DNA of 64,000 bases, taken from a bacterium. GTDB taxonomy: Bacteria; UBA8248. The number at the start of each line of letters is the position of its first letter. Positions within the stretch are counted from its first letter, which is position 1. Location: NCBI GenBank assembly GCA_963692865.2, contig OY843592.1, positions 3,168,001 through 3,232,000 on the forward strand, in the 5' to 3' direction. Positions 9,091 to 18,601 of the stretch are shown piece after piece. The translations under genes were made by a program, and so were the position numbers. Under the pieces are notes generated by a model that worked only from the letters and a program-made list of their open reading frames with translations, ran no database searches and was not told the origin of the DNA.

Positions 9091-10470
9091 CTACATCCGG
9101 CCCACGAAGCGGCCGGGACTCAAAATCCCTTTGAGGTCATAGGTTTTCTTGATGTTGCGCATCACCTGCAGCGCGGCGGGTTCGAGCGCGTCCTCTCCCC
9201 ACACGTAGATTTGCTCTTTCAGCGAGTCCGGCCCCGAATCCATGCGGAGGTGAACAGAGCGGGATTGCGCTTCATCTCTACCCTCCCTGCAAAGAGAGGA
9301 GAAAACGCGCCACGCCTCGAGCGGAAAAGATTCCTCATCCTCGGGCGCGAGCCAACAGCGCAGCACGCCGCTTCCCGCGTGGGACGAGATGGCGCAGCGG
9401 TATTTACCGGACTCTGCGGCTCGTCTCGCAGCTTCCGCGAAACGGGGGAGTTGATCGAGGCGACCCGATGCCCTGAGAGCGAGCGCCTCGGAATCTGAGA
9501 ACTCCCCACCCGGCGGATCGGCGAGAACGCGGCCCAGGCGAGCGGTTTCCCCATCTTCAAGACACAAAATATCATCTGCGCCCTCTTTCGCGAGAATTTC
9601 CTCGAAGCGGGTCAGTTGATCGTTCAGCCCTTGTTCGAAGTCTCCAAAACAAGCCGCCAGATTCACGGGGCCGGGCAAGGCGACGCCTCCTTCCGACGCA
9701 AGCGAAGCTATGCGCGCTTCGTCCACAACTTCCACCCAAACGGGCATGAGAGGCGAGGCCATCAAGGCGCGAGCGGCCTTGAGCGCGGCGTCTGTGGATG
9801 GAAAAGAGGCTGCCCTCGCTCCAATGCAATCTGGCGCCTTGTACAGGCGAATCGCCAACTCGGTGACGACGGCCAGCGTCCCCCAGCTTCCCGACAAGAG
9901 GCGGTTCATGTCGTAGCCGGTGACGTTTTTCACCACCAGCGCGCCGTAGGTGTGGGTCGCGCCGTCGGACAAAGCCACCTTCATGCGCATCACGCGGTCG
10001 CGCGCCTTGCCCCAACGCACCCGCATGGGTCCCGAACGGTCCGCGATAACGGTTCCCCCCACGGTAGAGGTTCCCGGATGCGGGGGGTCGAGGCCCGCCG
10101 TCTGGCCCTCTGCCCCCGTCAATCTATTGAGATCCTCGACGCACATGCCCGCTTCGACAACAGCCGTGAGGTCGTCTTTCAGAAATTCGACCCCATTGGA
10201 CATGCGCTCCAGAGAGAGCGCCACGTCGTACCTTTCTGGCGCATACCCCATCCTTCTGCCCGTGCCTCCTCCCCAGGGAAATACGGCAAGATTCGCTTCG
10301 CTCGCGCGAGAAAGAACTCGGCAAAGAGCTTCGTGATCGGCGGGACTCGCCACCACAGAGGGCGTTATGCCACCCAGCTTGAAAGACTCCGCCCTTTCAT
10401 CCGATAACAGAACGGAGTCGCCTGAATCTGCTTCAATGGACTGAGCGAACGAATCGAGTTTGAGAGCCAT
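9091..10470 (-). CDS. glcE: Glycolate oxidase FAD-binding subunit
   Basis: WGGGT, STVGG, VVKNVTGYDMNRLLSGSWGTL, D.KGILSPGR; lies between glcD and glcF. Confidence 0.8.
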   Translation of the reverse strand: MALKLDSFAQSIEADSGDSVLLSDERAESFKLGGITPSVVASPADHEALCRVLSRASEANLAVFPWGGGTGRRMGYAPERYDVALSLERMSNGVEFLKDDLTAVVEAGMCVEDLNRLTGAEGQTAGLDPPHPGTSTVGGTVIADRSGPMRVRWGKARDRVMRMKVALSDGATHTYGALVVKNVTGYDMNRLLSGSWGTLAVVTELAIRLYKAPDCIGARAASFPSTDAALKAARALMASPLMPVWVEVVDEARIASLASEGGVALPGPVNLAACFGDFEQGLNDQLTRFEEILAKEGADDILCLEDGETARLGRVLADPPGGEFSDSEALALRASGRLDQLPRFAEAARRAAESGKYRCAISSHAGSGVLRCWLAPEDEESFPLEAWRVFSSLCREGRDEAQSRSVHLRMDSGPDSLKEQIYVWGEDALEPAALQVMRNIKKTYDLKGILSPGRFVGRM

Positions 10471-10477
10471 GGGTATC

Positions 10478-11965
10478 CTATTTGGTCATCCCCCCGCCCA
10501 TACGGGCGATGGCGCCGCTGTGAGCAACCGGGAACACGTTCTCCTCATCGGGTATGAGTTTACCGGGGTTCATCAAGCCGTCCTCGTCGATGGCGTCTCG
10601 CACGCGCTCCATGATTTCGAGGGTAGGCTCATCGAACTGATCTTTCATCTCCCTGATCTTCTCGATGCCGATGCCATGCTCGCCCGAGAGCACGCCCCCT
10701 GCGCGTATGCACGCGCGAAGCACCTCGGCGCCGCACTCTATCGCCCGTTCGGTCTCCCCGGGAACGCGGTCGTCGAACAAGACGTTGGGGTGCAGGCTCC
10801 CGTCTCCGGCGTGGAAGACGTTCGTGATGCGCAAATCGTAGCGAGAGGCGATTTCGTCAAATTCCTCGAGCACCTGCGCCAGCTTCGAGCGGGGAACCGT
10901 GCCGTCGAGACAATAGTAACTCGGAGCGATCACCCCGAAGGCGCCGAAGGCCTTTTTCCGGCCCATCCACAGGCCCTCACGCTCTTCTTCCGTCTGTGCG
11001 ATACGGAACGACGAGCAGTTGTTCTTCTCGCTTATATCGCGAATCAGGGTTTCGAGCGGCCGGATGGAAGACGGCAGGCCGTCCAGTTCAATCAGCAATA
11101 CGGCCTCGGCGTCCTTGGGATAGCCCGCCTGGACCACCGTCTCGACCGCCTCGATGGTGTAGCGGTCCATCAACTCCATCGCGGCGGGCACGGCCCCTGC
11201 CGCAATAACGTCGCTCACCGTCCGGCACGCATCTCCCACTTGAGAGAAACACGCGAGCATGGTCCGTACGCTCTCGGGGTTGGGCGTTAGCCGTACGGTG
11301 AGTTCCGTGATGACGGCGAACGTGCCCTCCGATCCGATAAAGAACCCGCGCAGGTCCAGACCCGGCGTATCCTCCCCGTCCGCGCCCAGATGCGCCACCT
11401 CGCCCGAGGGCAGGACGACGGTCATCTCCATGATGTGATTCGTTGTCATTCCGTATTTGAGGCAGTGCGCGCCGCCCGAGTTTTCCGCCGCGTTGCCGCC
11501 GATGGTGCATGCCGCCTGACTGGAAGGATCGGGCGCGTAATGAAAGCCATGCGGCAGCGTCTCGCGGGAGAGGTGGAGGTTCACCACCCCCGGCTGCACG
11601 CGCGCGAGGCGGTTCTCGTAGTCGAGTTCGAGAATCTTGTTCATCCGCGTGAAGACGATGAGCACGCCGCCCGGCAGGGGCGTCGCGCCTCCCGAAAGGC
11701 CCGTGCCGGTGCCTCTGGCGATCAGGGGCACACTGTATTCGCGGCAGATTTCCACGATTTGGCGGACTTCTTCGGTGCTTTCGGGCAAGACGACGGCCGA
11801 GGGAATGCCCTTGTAGATCGTGAGGCCGTCGCAATCATACGCCCTGAGCGCCACCGGATTGGTGTGGATGAATTCCTCCCCAACCGCACCCGCCAATTTT
11901 TGAATGAACCCGGCGCTGTCCACCTCAAAACCCTCGCGGCGCTTCCTGAATGAACGAAAACCCAT
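10478..11965 (-). CDS. glcD: Glycolate oxidase FAD-linked subunit (true start may be GTG 11923)
   Basis: RGTGTGLSGGA, PDPSSQAACTIGGN.AENSGG.HCLKYG, FHAGDG, GEHGIG, MNPGK. Confidence 0.88.
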   Translation of the reverse strand: MGFRSFRKRREGFEVDSAGFIQKLAGAVGEEFIHTNPVALRAYDCDGLTIYKGIPSAVVLPESTEEVRQIVEICREYSVPLIARGTGTGLSGGATPLPGGVLIVFTRMNKILELDYENRLARVQPGVVNLHLSRETLPHGFHYAPDPSSQAACTIGGNAAENSGGAHCLKYGMTTNHIMEMTVVLPSGEVAHLGADGEDTPGLDLRGFFIGSEGTFAVITELTVRLTPNPESVRTMLACFSQVGDACRTVSDVIAAGAVPAAMELMDRYTIEAVETVVQAGYPKDAEAVLLIELDGLPSSIRPLETLIRDISEKNNCSSFRIAQTEEEREGLWMGRKKAFGAFGVIAPSYYCLDGTVPRSKLAQVLEEFDEIASRYDLRITNVFHAGDGSLHPNVLFDDRVPGETERAIECGAEVLRACIRAGGVLSGEHGIGIEKIREMKDQFDEPTLEIMERVRDAIDEDGLMNPGKLIPDEENVFPVAHSGAIARMGGGMTK

Positions 11966-12021
11966 TAGAGTAGGGCCATTATACCCATGCTTCGGAAAAA
12001 AACGAAGAGAAAGGCGGCTTC

Positions 12022-13323
12022 TTGAACAAATCCGGCGACTCCCCCCAGGCTTCGGGCCACTCCTCGAGGCGCGGGCGAACAGGCGGTTTATATTATGGGT
12101 GGGTGATCGTCGGCGTATCGTTCACCACCATGGCCTTCCACATGGCGGCCACCTTCTCCTTCTCCCTGTTTCAGGTTCCCCTCATTGAAGAATTCGGCTG
12201 GAGCCGTGGCGCACTGGGCGGCGCATTCGCCTTGAGCATGAGCCTCTACGCCATCTGCAGCCCGACGGCGGGCTCCATCCTGGAGCGGAAAGGTCCGAGA
12301 GCCCTGATCCCGTGGGGCTCTGTGTTGATCGGTGTGGGACTCGCGCTGGGTTTTTTCATTTCCTCCCTCTGGCACGTGTATGTGTTCATCGGCGTCATGA
12401 TCGGCGTGGGCATCGCGATGAGCGGTTTCGTAACGCACAGCGCTCTTCTGCCTCGATGGTTCTTCAGAAACCGTGGACTGGCGATGGGCATCGCCCTCTC
12501 GGGCATCGGCATCGGCTCATTATTCCTGATGCCCACCATCGAGAGACTCATCGCCCTCTTCGGCTGGCGCTATGCCTACCTGATTTTCGGCGCCTCGATT
12601 CTCCTCATCATCCTGCCTCTCAAACTGCTCTTGCTCAGAAATCACCCCTCCGACGTCGGGCAGAACATCGACGGCGCATCAGACGAAGAAGCCGCCGGGT
12701 TCCCAAAACCGCCCCCCTCCCACTCCCAGAAAGTAGGAGAGGTATTCCGGCAGGTAATGCGGGAGAAGAATTTCTGGGCATTGATGATCCTCGTTTTCGT
12801 CATCGGCCTGAATAATAACTCCATCTGGAGCCAGTTGCAGATATTCTTCGTCGACGCGAAATTCAGCACCGCATTCGGCGCTTTTGTTTTCGGGCTCACA
12901 GGCGCCATCCGGATTCTGGGCAGCGTGGTGATGGGTTGGGCAGGCGACCACATGTCGCACAAAAGGGCCCAAGCCATCGCCCTTTTTCTGTCTGGACTCG
13001 GTGTCCTCATCTTGCTTTCCGTGCCACATATGGGTAACGGTGCCGTCCTCGCCTTTTTATTCGCCGCCACCTACGGTTTCGGCGTCGGCGGCATGTCGAC
13101 TTCTTATGCGGCCATGTGCGCAGACGCCTACGGCGGACGCTCGTTCGGCGTCATCATCGGAATACTGGAAATCTGTTTCGGTCTCGGGGGATTCATCGGC
13201 CCCCCGATGGCGGGCTTCATGTTCGACTACACGGGGAGTTACGTCCTGCCCTTCTGCATCGTGGTCATTTTCCAGGTGGTTGCGCTCCTCGTCTGTCATT
13301 TCGTCTACAGCACCGAGAAGTGA
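12022..13323 (+). CDS. MFS transporter (OFA/monocarboxylate-like)
   Basis: YYGWVIV N-terminus, about 12 hydrophobic segments, WF.RNRGLAMG, GPPMAGFMFDYTGSY. Confidence 0.88.
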   Translation: MNKSGDSPQASGHSSRRGRTGGLYYGWVIVGVSFTTMAFHMAATFSFSLFQVPLIEEFGWSRGALGGAFALSMSLYAICSPTAGSILERKGPRALIPWGSVLIGVGLALGFFISSLWHVYVFIGVMIGVGIAMSGFVTHSALLPRWFFRNRGLAMGIALSGIGIGSLFLMPTIERLIALFGWRYAYLIFGASILLIILPLKLLLLRNHPSDVGQNIDGASDEEAAGFPKPPPSHSQKVGEVFRQVMREKNFWALMILVFVIGLNNNSIWSQLQIFFVDAKFSTAFGAFVFGLTGAIRILGSVVMGWAGDHMSHKRAQAIALFLSGLGVLILLSVPHMGNGAVLAFLFAATYGFGVGGMSTSYAAMCADAYGGRSFGVIIGILEICFGLGGFIGPPMAGFMFDYTGSYVLPFCIVVIFQVVALLVCHFVYSTEK

Positions 13324-13331
13324 GGCCCGGC

Positions 13332-14609
13332 ATGGCGAGTGGGAAAACCACGCGTCCGTGGATATACTACGGATGGATTATCGTGGGCACGTCCTTCACG
13401 GCCATGGCGTTTCATCAAACGGCGCGTTTTTCATTTTCCATCTTTCAGGTTCCCCTGATCCAGGAATTCGGCTGGGGGCGCGGCGCTCTGGGCGGGGCCT
13501 ACGCCCTGATGCTGGGCAGCTACGCGCTGTTCAGCCCCATCATGGGCAACTTGTTCGACAAAAAAGGGGCACGCGCGGTCATGCCTTGGGGTTCGGTTCT
13601 CGTCGGCACAGGCTTCACACTTGCTTATTTCATCAATGAACTCTGGCACGTCTACCTCGTTCCCTGCCTGTTCGTGGGAATCGGAATGGCGCTGAGCGGC
13701 TTTGCGATGCACAGCGCCCTCATGCCTCAGTGGTTCCAGAAAAAACGGGGCCTCGCCACGGGACTGGCTCTCTCGGGCAGCGGAACAGGCATTCTGCTTT
13801 TTATCCCCCTCATCGAGTGGCTGATCGGCACGTATGGCTGGCGACAGACCTATCTGATTTTCGGCCTGGCAGTGCTCTTCATTGTCGTCCCTCTCACGGC
13901 GCTTTTACTCCGTAGAGGCCCCGAAGATGTGGGGCAGTACATCGACGGGGAACCCGATCCGCCCGGCCATTCACCTCCCAAGCAAAAGGAAAAATCGTCC
14001 AGCCCTTCCTTGATCGAGGTGTTTCGCCAGGTTTGCAGGCAGAAAAATTTCTGGACGCTCCTCATCGTCGTCTTCTTCATGGGGCTGAACAACAACTCGA
14101 TATTGAGCCAACTCCAGCTCTATCTGGTCGACGCCGAGTACACCACGGCTCTGGCGGCTTTTTTCTTCGGGATGCTGGGCGCGATCCGGATGCTCGCCAC
14201 GTTTTCCATGGGCTGGCTGAGCGATTTCATCGGCAGGCAGCGCGCCCAGGCGCTCTCTTCGTTCATTACTGTTTGCGGAATCGCGATTCTGCTGTCCATC
14301 CCTCATATGTCGCCGAAAATTCTGATGGGATGGGTCTTCATATTCGTGTATGGAATGGGCCTCGGCGGAATGAGCGTATGCTACTCCTCCATGTCCGCCG
14401 ATGCGTTCAAAGGCCCCTCGTTCGGAGCCACTATCGGATTGCTCGAAATTTTCTTCGGCCTCGGGGGGTTCATCGGCCCCCCACTGGCGGGCTTTATTTT
14501 CGACTATACGGGAAGCTACATGATTCCCTTCGTTGGGATAGCTTTCGGTCTGGTGTGCTGCATCTTCATGAGCTTATTCGTCTATGAAACGCCTAAAGAA
14601 ACTGCCTGA
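13332..14609 (+). CDS. MFS transporter (tandem paralog)
   Basis: Start ATG 13332 (MASGKTT); closely similar to the upstream MFS over its full length. Confidence 0.88.
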   Translation: MASGKTTRPWIYYGWIIVGTSFTAMAFHQTARFSFSIFQVPLIQEFGWGRGALGGAYALMLGSYALFSPIMGNLFDKKGARAVMPWGSVLVGTGFTLAYFINELWHVYLVPCLFVGIGMALSGFAMHSALMPQWFQKKRGLATGLALSGSGTGILLFIPLIEWLIGTYGWRQTYLIFGLAVLFIVVPLTALLLRRGPEDVGQYIDGEPDPPGHSPPKQKEKSSSPSLIEVFRQVCRQKNFWTLLIVVFFMGLNNNSILSQLQLYLVDAEYTTALAAFFFGMLGAIRMLATFSMGWLSDFIGRQRAQALSSFITVCGIAILLSIPHMSPKILMGWVFIFVYGMGLGGMSVCYSSMSADAFKGPSFGATIGLLEIFFGLGGFIGPPLAGFIFDYTGSYMIPFVGIAFGLVCCIFMSLFVYETPKETA

Positions 14610-14621
14610 GCGTAGCGTGCT

Positions 14622-15443
14622 TCAAAAAGGCCGACTCAAGACATCCAACACCAGGGCGGCCTTCACCTTATCGCCCTCGATGCGGAGGCGGCCTGTTCTT
14701 TCCTTGTCCTCCAGACTCGCCCGCCCCGTGGTGAGCAGAACGAGGTCGCTTCCATCGCATACAACGCGCGCGTCGCAATCCCCATGATCGGCATACACGA
14801 TTTCAGAATGCCCCTCCTGGATGCGCATGGCCCATATCCGTCCAGGCTCTTTCGTCTCGAAACAGATGGTCCCGCTGAATTCCCTGTCCCCACGGGCGCC
14901 GAAGAAGATGGGGAATCGCTCGGGGAGACAATCCACGGCGATGGGAAGCGATGGGGCATGCAAAGCGACATCCGGCTGATTCCGAATATCCCAGTCATGG
15001 AGAATTAATTCGTAGAGCCTTTGCCCGGGAAACGTACGGACCGGACACGGCGCGAGCCAGTGCCAGGCATGTTTGTCGAGATCATCGGGCCGAACTCCGT
15101 CGAAGACTTCCTGCAGTCCCCATACGGCCTCGGCGAAGACTTCTATCCGCTCATCGGCTGATAGGGCGACAAGTTCATCCCCCACTTTTTTTCGATACGC
15201 CCAGAACGATTCCAGATCCGAAGCGCCGAAAGGCATCTCCAGTCGCCCGGCGGCGCCCGCGGGAATGACGTGCGCGTAAAAACGCGCGCCAAGCGTCATG
15301 TGCGCCACCACTTCGGCCACACACCAGTTCGGACAAAAAGTCGGTGCGCGCCACTCCTGCTCGCTCAAGCCCCGCAAGATCCCGATGAACCTGCGGTTTT
15401 CCTTTTCCACCCAGGATACGACGCGCTCGAAAAAATCCGCCAT
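14622..15443 (-). CDS. Maleylpyruvate-isomerase/DinB superfamily protein with C-terminal SCP2-like domain
   Basis: W.APT.CPNW.V.EVVAH, EL.LH.WDI, C-terminal GRLRIEGD. Confidence 0.75.
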   Translation of the reverse strand: MADFFERVVSWVEKENRRFIGILRGLSEQEWRAPTFCPNWCVAEVVAHMTLGARFYAHVIPAGAAGRLEMPFGASDLESFWAYRKKVGDELVALSADERIEVFAEAVWGLQEVFDGVRPDDLDKHAWHWLAPCPVRTFPGQRLYELILHDWDIRNQPDVALHAPSLPIAVDCLPERFPIFFGARGDREFSGTICFETKEPGRIWAMRIQEGHSEIVYADHGDCDARVVCDGSDLVLLTTGRASLEDKERTGRLRIEGDKVKAALVLDVLSRPF

Positions 15444-15462
15444 TACACAATTGCCGCCTGAA

Positions 15463-16515
15463 TCAGACGGGCATCGCCACTTTGAGTTCTTCTGCGATTT
15501 CCGTCACCTGCTTCCAAACGCCATCACCGACTGGGATTCCTTCCCGCAACCTCCTTTCTTTTTCCCTGAAACTGCGCTCCCCGGGCACGCGAATTTCCTC
15601 CACGCCGAGGGCCTTGCGCGTGTTCTTTACCTCGGCGACGTGCGCCTCCACCATCTCACGGAACACTTGCGGATCCCCGAAGGCGGAAGGATCGATGGCG
15701 ATGAACAAATCCCCCTTGTCGTAATGTCCCTCTTGCACCGATTGGCTGAGCGGCTTGCCGACCTTGGCTCCGAGCAAAGGCCCCGCCAGAAGACCAATCA
15801 ACAGGCACAGGCCGTAACCCTTGTGGCCCCCGAAAGGCGCGACCGCGCCCGCCGCGGCGGTTTTGGCGTCCGTCGTCGGCTCGCCATCCGGCCCCACCGC
15901 CACGCCTTCCGGAATCGGTTCTCCCGTAACGCTCGCCTTCAGGATCATCCCGAATGGAATCGCGCTCGTCGCAAAATCGAGAAGTACGGGTTCGTCCCCG
16001 CTCCTTGGAACGGCGATCGAAAAAGGGTTCGTGCCCATTAGGCGCTCCACGCCCCCGAATGGATGAACGAGCGGCTGCGTGACGCCCGCGACGATTCCCA
16101 CACAGCCGGCGCGGGCGATGCGCTCCGCGTAATAGCCCGTCATACAGATATGATCGCTGTTCACGACTCCCACGGCGCAAGAACCCGCTTTTTCCGCTTT
16201 CCTGGCCGCGAGGCTTGCGCCATAGGTCGCGCCCACGGGTCCCATGGCGCGATCGCCCTCCACCAGCGCGGACCCCTCCCGCTCATGCACGACGTGGGGC
16301 CTGGCCTTGGCGTTGATCATCCCGCTCTGGATTCGCCTGATCATGTTCGGCAGGCGGATGAGGCCGTGGGTGGAATAGCCCCTGAGGTCGGCTTCTATCA
16401 ATACGTCGGCCGTCGTCATCGATTGCTCGTGCGAACACCCCGCGGCCGCCAGGATGCGCTCCATCAAATCGCGCAGGGCGTCCGCGTTGACGATGCGCTC
16501 TTCGTTTTGGCTCAT
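15463..16515 (-). CDS. Ldh_2 family oxidoreductase (ComC/AllD-like 2-hydroxyacid dehydrogenase)
   Basis: ADLRGYSTHG, GTNPFSIA, LDFATS, FGGHKGYGL, RVPGE; start MSQNEE. Confidence 0.88.
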   Translation of the reverse strand: MSQNEERIVNADALRDLMERILAAAGCSHEQSMTTADVLIEADLRGYSTHGLIRLPNMIRRIQSGMINAKARPHVVHEREGSALVEGDRAMGPVGATYGASLAARKAEKAGSCAVGVVNSDHICMTGYYAERIARAGCVGIVAGVTQPLVHPFGGVERLMGTNPFSIAVPRSGDEPVLLDFATSAIPFGMILKASVTGEPIPEGVAVGPDGEPTTDAKTAAAGAVAPFGGHKGYGLCLLIGLLAGPLLGAKVGKPLSQSVQEGHYDKGDLFIAIDPSAFGDPQVFREMVEAHVAEVKNTRKALGVEEIRVPGERSFREKERRLREGIPVGDGVWKQVTEIAEELKVAMPV

Positions 16516-16532
16516 GTGCGGGAAAACCTTTC

Positions 16533-17042
16533 TTACAGATCGGGGTTGGGTGCGGAAACGCTCGGCTTGGTGACGCGCATCATCCAGCAATAGATTTCTA
16601 TCCGGTTGCCGTCTGGGTCGAGAAAGTAGAATGCATGGCTGCCGCTTCCACCGATGAAACCGTTCTCATCCAACCCTTCATGCGCGTGAACATATGGGCC
16701 CGAGACGAACTCGACGCCGCAGGATTTCACGTGTTCCTGGGCGAGAAGCCAATTTTCACGGTCATCCACCTCGAAGGCGATATGGTGGAGTCCCACGTCC
16801 GTACGATGCTCAGAGTCGGTCGTCGTAAGGCCCGCTTTCACGGCATCTTCGGGCAACTCGAACAACACCAGGGTGTGATGTTTCTCCGCGCAGCGCATGA
16901 AACAAATCGGACGAAAGAAATCCGGCGGGCCCCATTTACCTGTCAGCTTCAGCCCCACAACGTCACGATAGAACTCGATGGAGCGCTCCACGTCACTCAC
17001 ATGGATTCCCATGTGGCCAAGCCGTGCGACATTACAACTCAT
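16533..17042 (-). CDS. VOC/glyoxalase family protein
   Basis: LGHMGIHVSD, LHHIAFEV, FYFLDPDGNRIEI. Confidence 0.85.
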   Translation of the reverse strand: MSCNVARLGHMGIHVSDVERSIEFYRDVVGLKLTGKWGPPDFFRPICFMRCAEKHHTLVLFELPEDAVKAGLTTTDSEHRTDVGLHHIAFEVDDRENWLLAQEHVKSCGVEFVSGPYVHAHEGLDENGFIGGSGSHAFYFLDPDGNRIEIYCWMMRVTKPSVSAPNPDL

Positions 17043-17185
17043 TCCTTTACCTCCCAGAGCGAATGTAATTAAAAAAATGCGTTTGCCTTAAAAGGTGCGC
17101 CATCTTACCATGCGAAGGCGTGGTTGGCGCACGCGAGTCCAGTTTGTACCTAAGCCGCTTCATACCCCAATGAAAGAGGATTCGA

Positions 17186-18013
17186 ATGTCGAAAAAAGCG
17201 GGTTTCCTTACCATATTGTTCGTTGGCGTCATCATCTTCTCTGGTGTTTTCCTGCTCCCATCCGCGAATAGCCAGAAAGAGAAAAAATCCGCTGTCGCGC
17301 TCGCCTCCAAAGAAGCGAAGCCGAAAGCGGTGCCCGTTCCCACCCTCGTGGCGCAAAACCTCGACAAGAAGCAAATCGAGAAAATCATCAGAGAATACCT
17401 CATCAACAATCCCGAAGTGCTTGAAGAAGCCATACGAGCCCTGCAGGCAAAGCGGGAAGCAAGGCGCGCAATGGCGGCCCGGGCTTCTATCCAGAAAAAC
17501 AGGAAACAAATTTATGCGGACCCCGAAGACCCCGTGGGGGGCAACCCCAACGGGGACGTGACGATTGTGGAGTTTTTCGATTACCGATGCGGGTATTGCA
17601 AGCGGGTGGCACCCGTCGTGGAGAAAGCGCTCGCAAAAGACAAGAAAATCCGCCTCGTCTACAAGGAATTCCCTGTCCTGGGCCCCAATTCCGTATTGGC
17701 GGCCCGGGCGGCGCTCGCCTCACGCGCGCAGGGCAAATATCTGGCGTTTCACAAGGCTCTCATGAAGGCCAAAATCTCTTATGATGAAGCGAGCATCATG
17801 AAAATCGCAGCCTCGTTGGGTATCGACACGGCGCGCCTGAAAAAAGACATGCGAGCGCCCGGCATCCGAGCCCAACTAGCCAAGAACCACGCTCTGGCGC
17901 GCTCGCTGGGCATACGCGGCACGCCCGCCTTCATCGTCGGAAAACAAATTTTCCCGGGTGCGCTTACCTCGGCCCAACTCGCAGGCATGATTCAACAGGC
18001 GAGAAAAAAATAA
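17186..18013 (+). CDS. DsbA family thiol-disulfide oxidoreductase (Com1-like)
   Basis: N-terminal anchor, EYLINNPEV, EFFDYRCGYCK, GIRGTPAF. Confidence 0.9.
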   Translation: MSKKAGFLTILFVGVIIFSGVFLLPSANSQKEKKSAVALASKEAKPKAVPVPTLVAQNLDKKQIEKIIREYLINNPEVLEEAIRALQAKREARRAMAARASIQKNRKQIYADPEDPVGGNPNGDVTIVEFFDYRCGYCKRVAPVVEKALAKDKKIRLVYKEFPVLGPNSVLAARAALASRAQGKYLAFHKALMKAKISYDEASIMKIAASLGIDTARLKKDMRAPGIRAQLAKNHALARSLGIRGTPAFIVGKQIFPGALTSAQLAGMIQQARKK

Positions 18014-18015
18014 AC

Positions 18016-18059
18016 CGATAGGAAAACCCCGGAGATTATTCTCCGGGGCATTCCTATCG
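18016..18059. terminator. Long hairpin between convergent genes
   Basis: CGATAGGAA..CCCCGGAGA-TTAT-TCTCCGGGG..TTCCTATCG inverted repeat. Confidence 0.65.
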
Positions 18060-18068
18060 CCAGCTAAC

Positions 18069-18521
18069 CTAGTCTACCGTCACCGAGCCCATCAACATTC
18101 TGCGGTAATCCCACCATTTCCACTTCTTGGGCACCATGGTGATGCGCACACGTATTTTCTGCGCGATGGGCGTGTTGACGTAATTCGCCCACATCTCCGG
18201 CCCGAAGAAATGATCCACCACGCTTTTGAGCCCCTCGTGGTCCGTTCCCATGACTTCTGAAACCTGCGCCTCCCCTTCCACGACAACGGCGCGGAAAGGA
18301 GCTTCATCGTCGTCGATGCAAATGGAAAATGCCGGGTTCCGCTTCAAATTCCTCACGGAAACGGAATCCTCGCCCGTGCTGATGAAAAAGCTCGCATCCT
18401 CGGGATTGAACAGATACAAAAGCGGCACGACGTGCGGCGAACCATCCGCATTCGTTGTGGCGATCCTCGCCATGTGGGGTTCCTGCAAAAATTCATCCAT
18501 TTCGGTCGGGCGCTCGGCCAT
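18069..18521 (-). CDS. Pyridoxamine 5'-phosphate oxidase-like (FMN/F420-binding split barrel) protein
   Basis: ARIATTNADGSPHVVPL, RNLKRNP, WDY near the C-terminus. Confidence 0.8.
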   Translation of the reverse strand: MAERPTEMDEFLQEPHMARIATTNADGSPHVVPLLYLFNPEDASFFISTGEDSVSVRNLKRNPAFSICIDDDEAPFRAVVVEGEAQVSEVMGTDHEGLKSVVDHFFGPEMWANYVNTPIAQKIRVRITMVPKKWKWWDYRRMLMGSVTVD

Positions 18522-18601
18522 TTTCCATCTCCTTTCGAAAAATCATGACGTCATGAATCATTCCCGTAATATCGCTCCAAAAATGATACAGTAGTCCTCC
18601 A

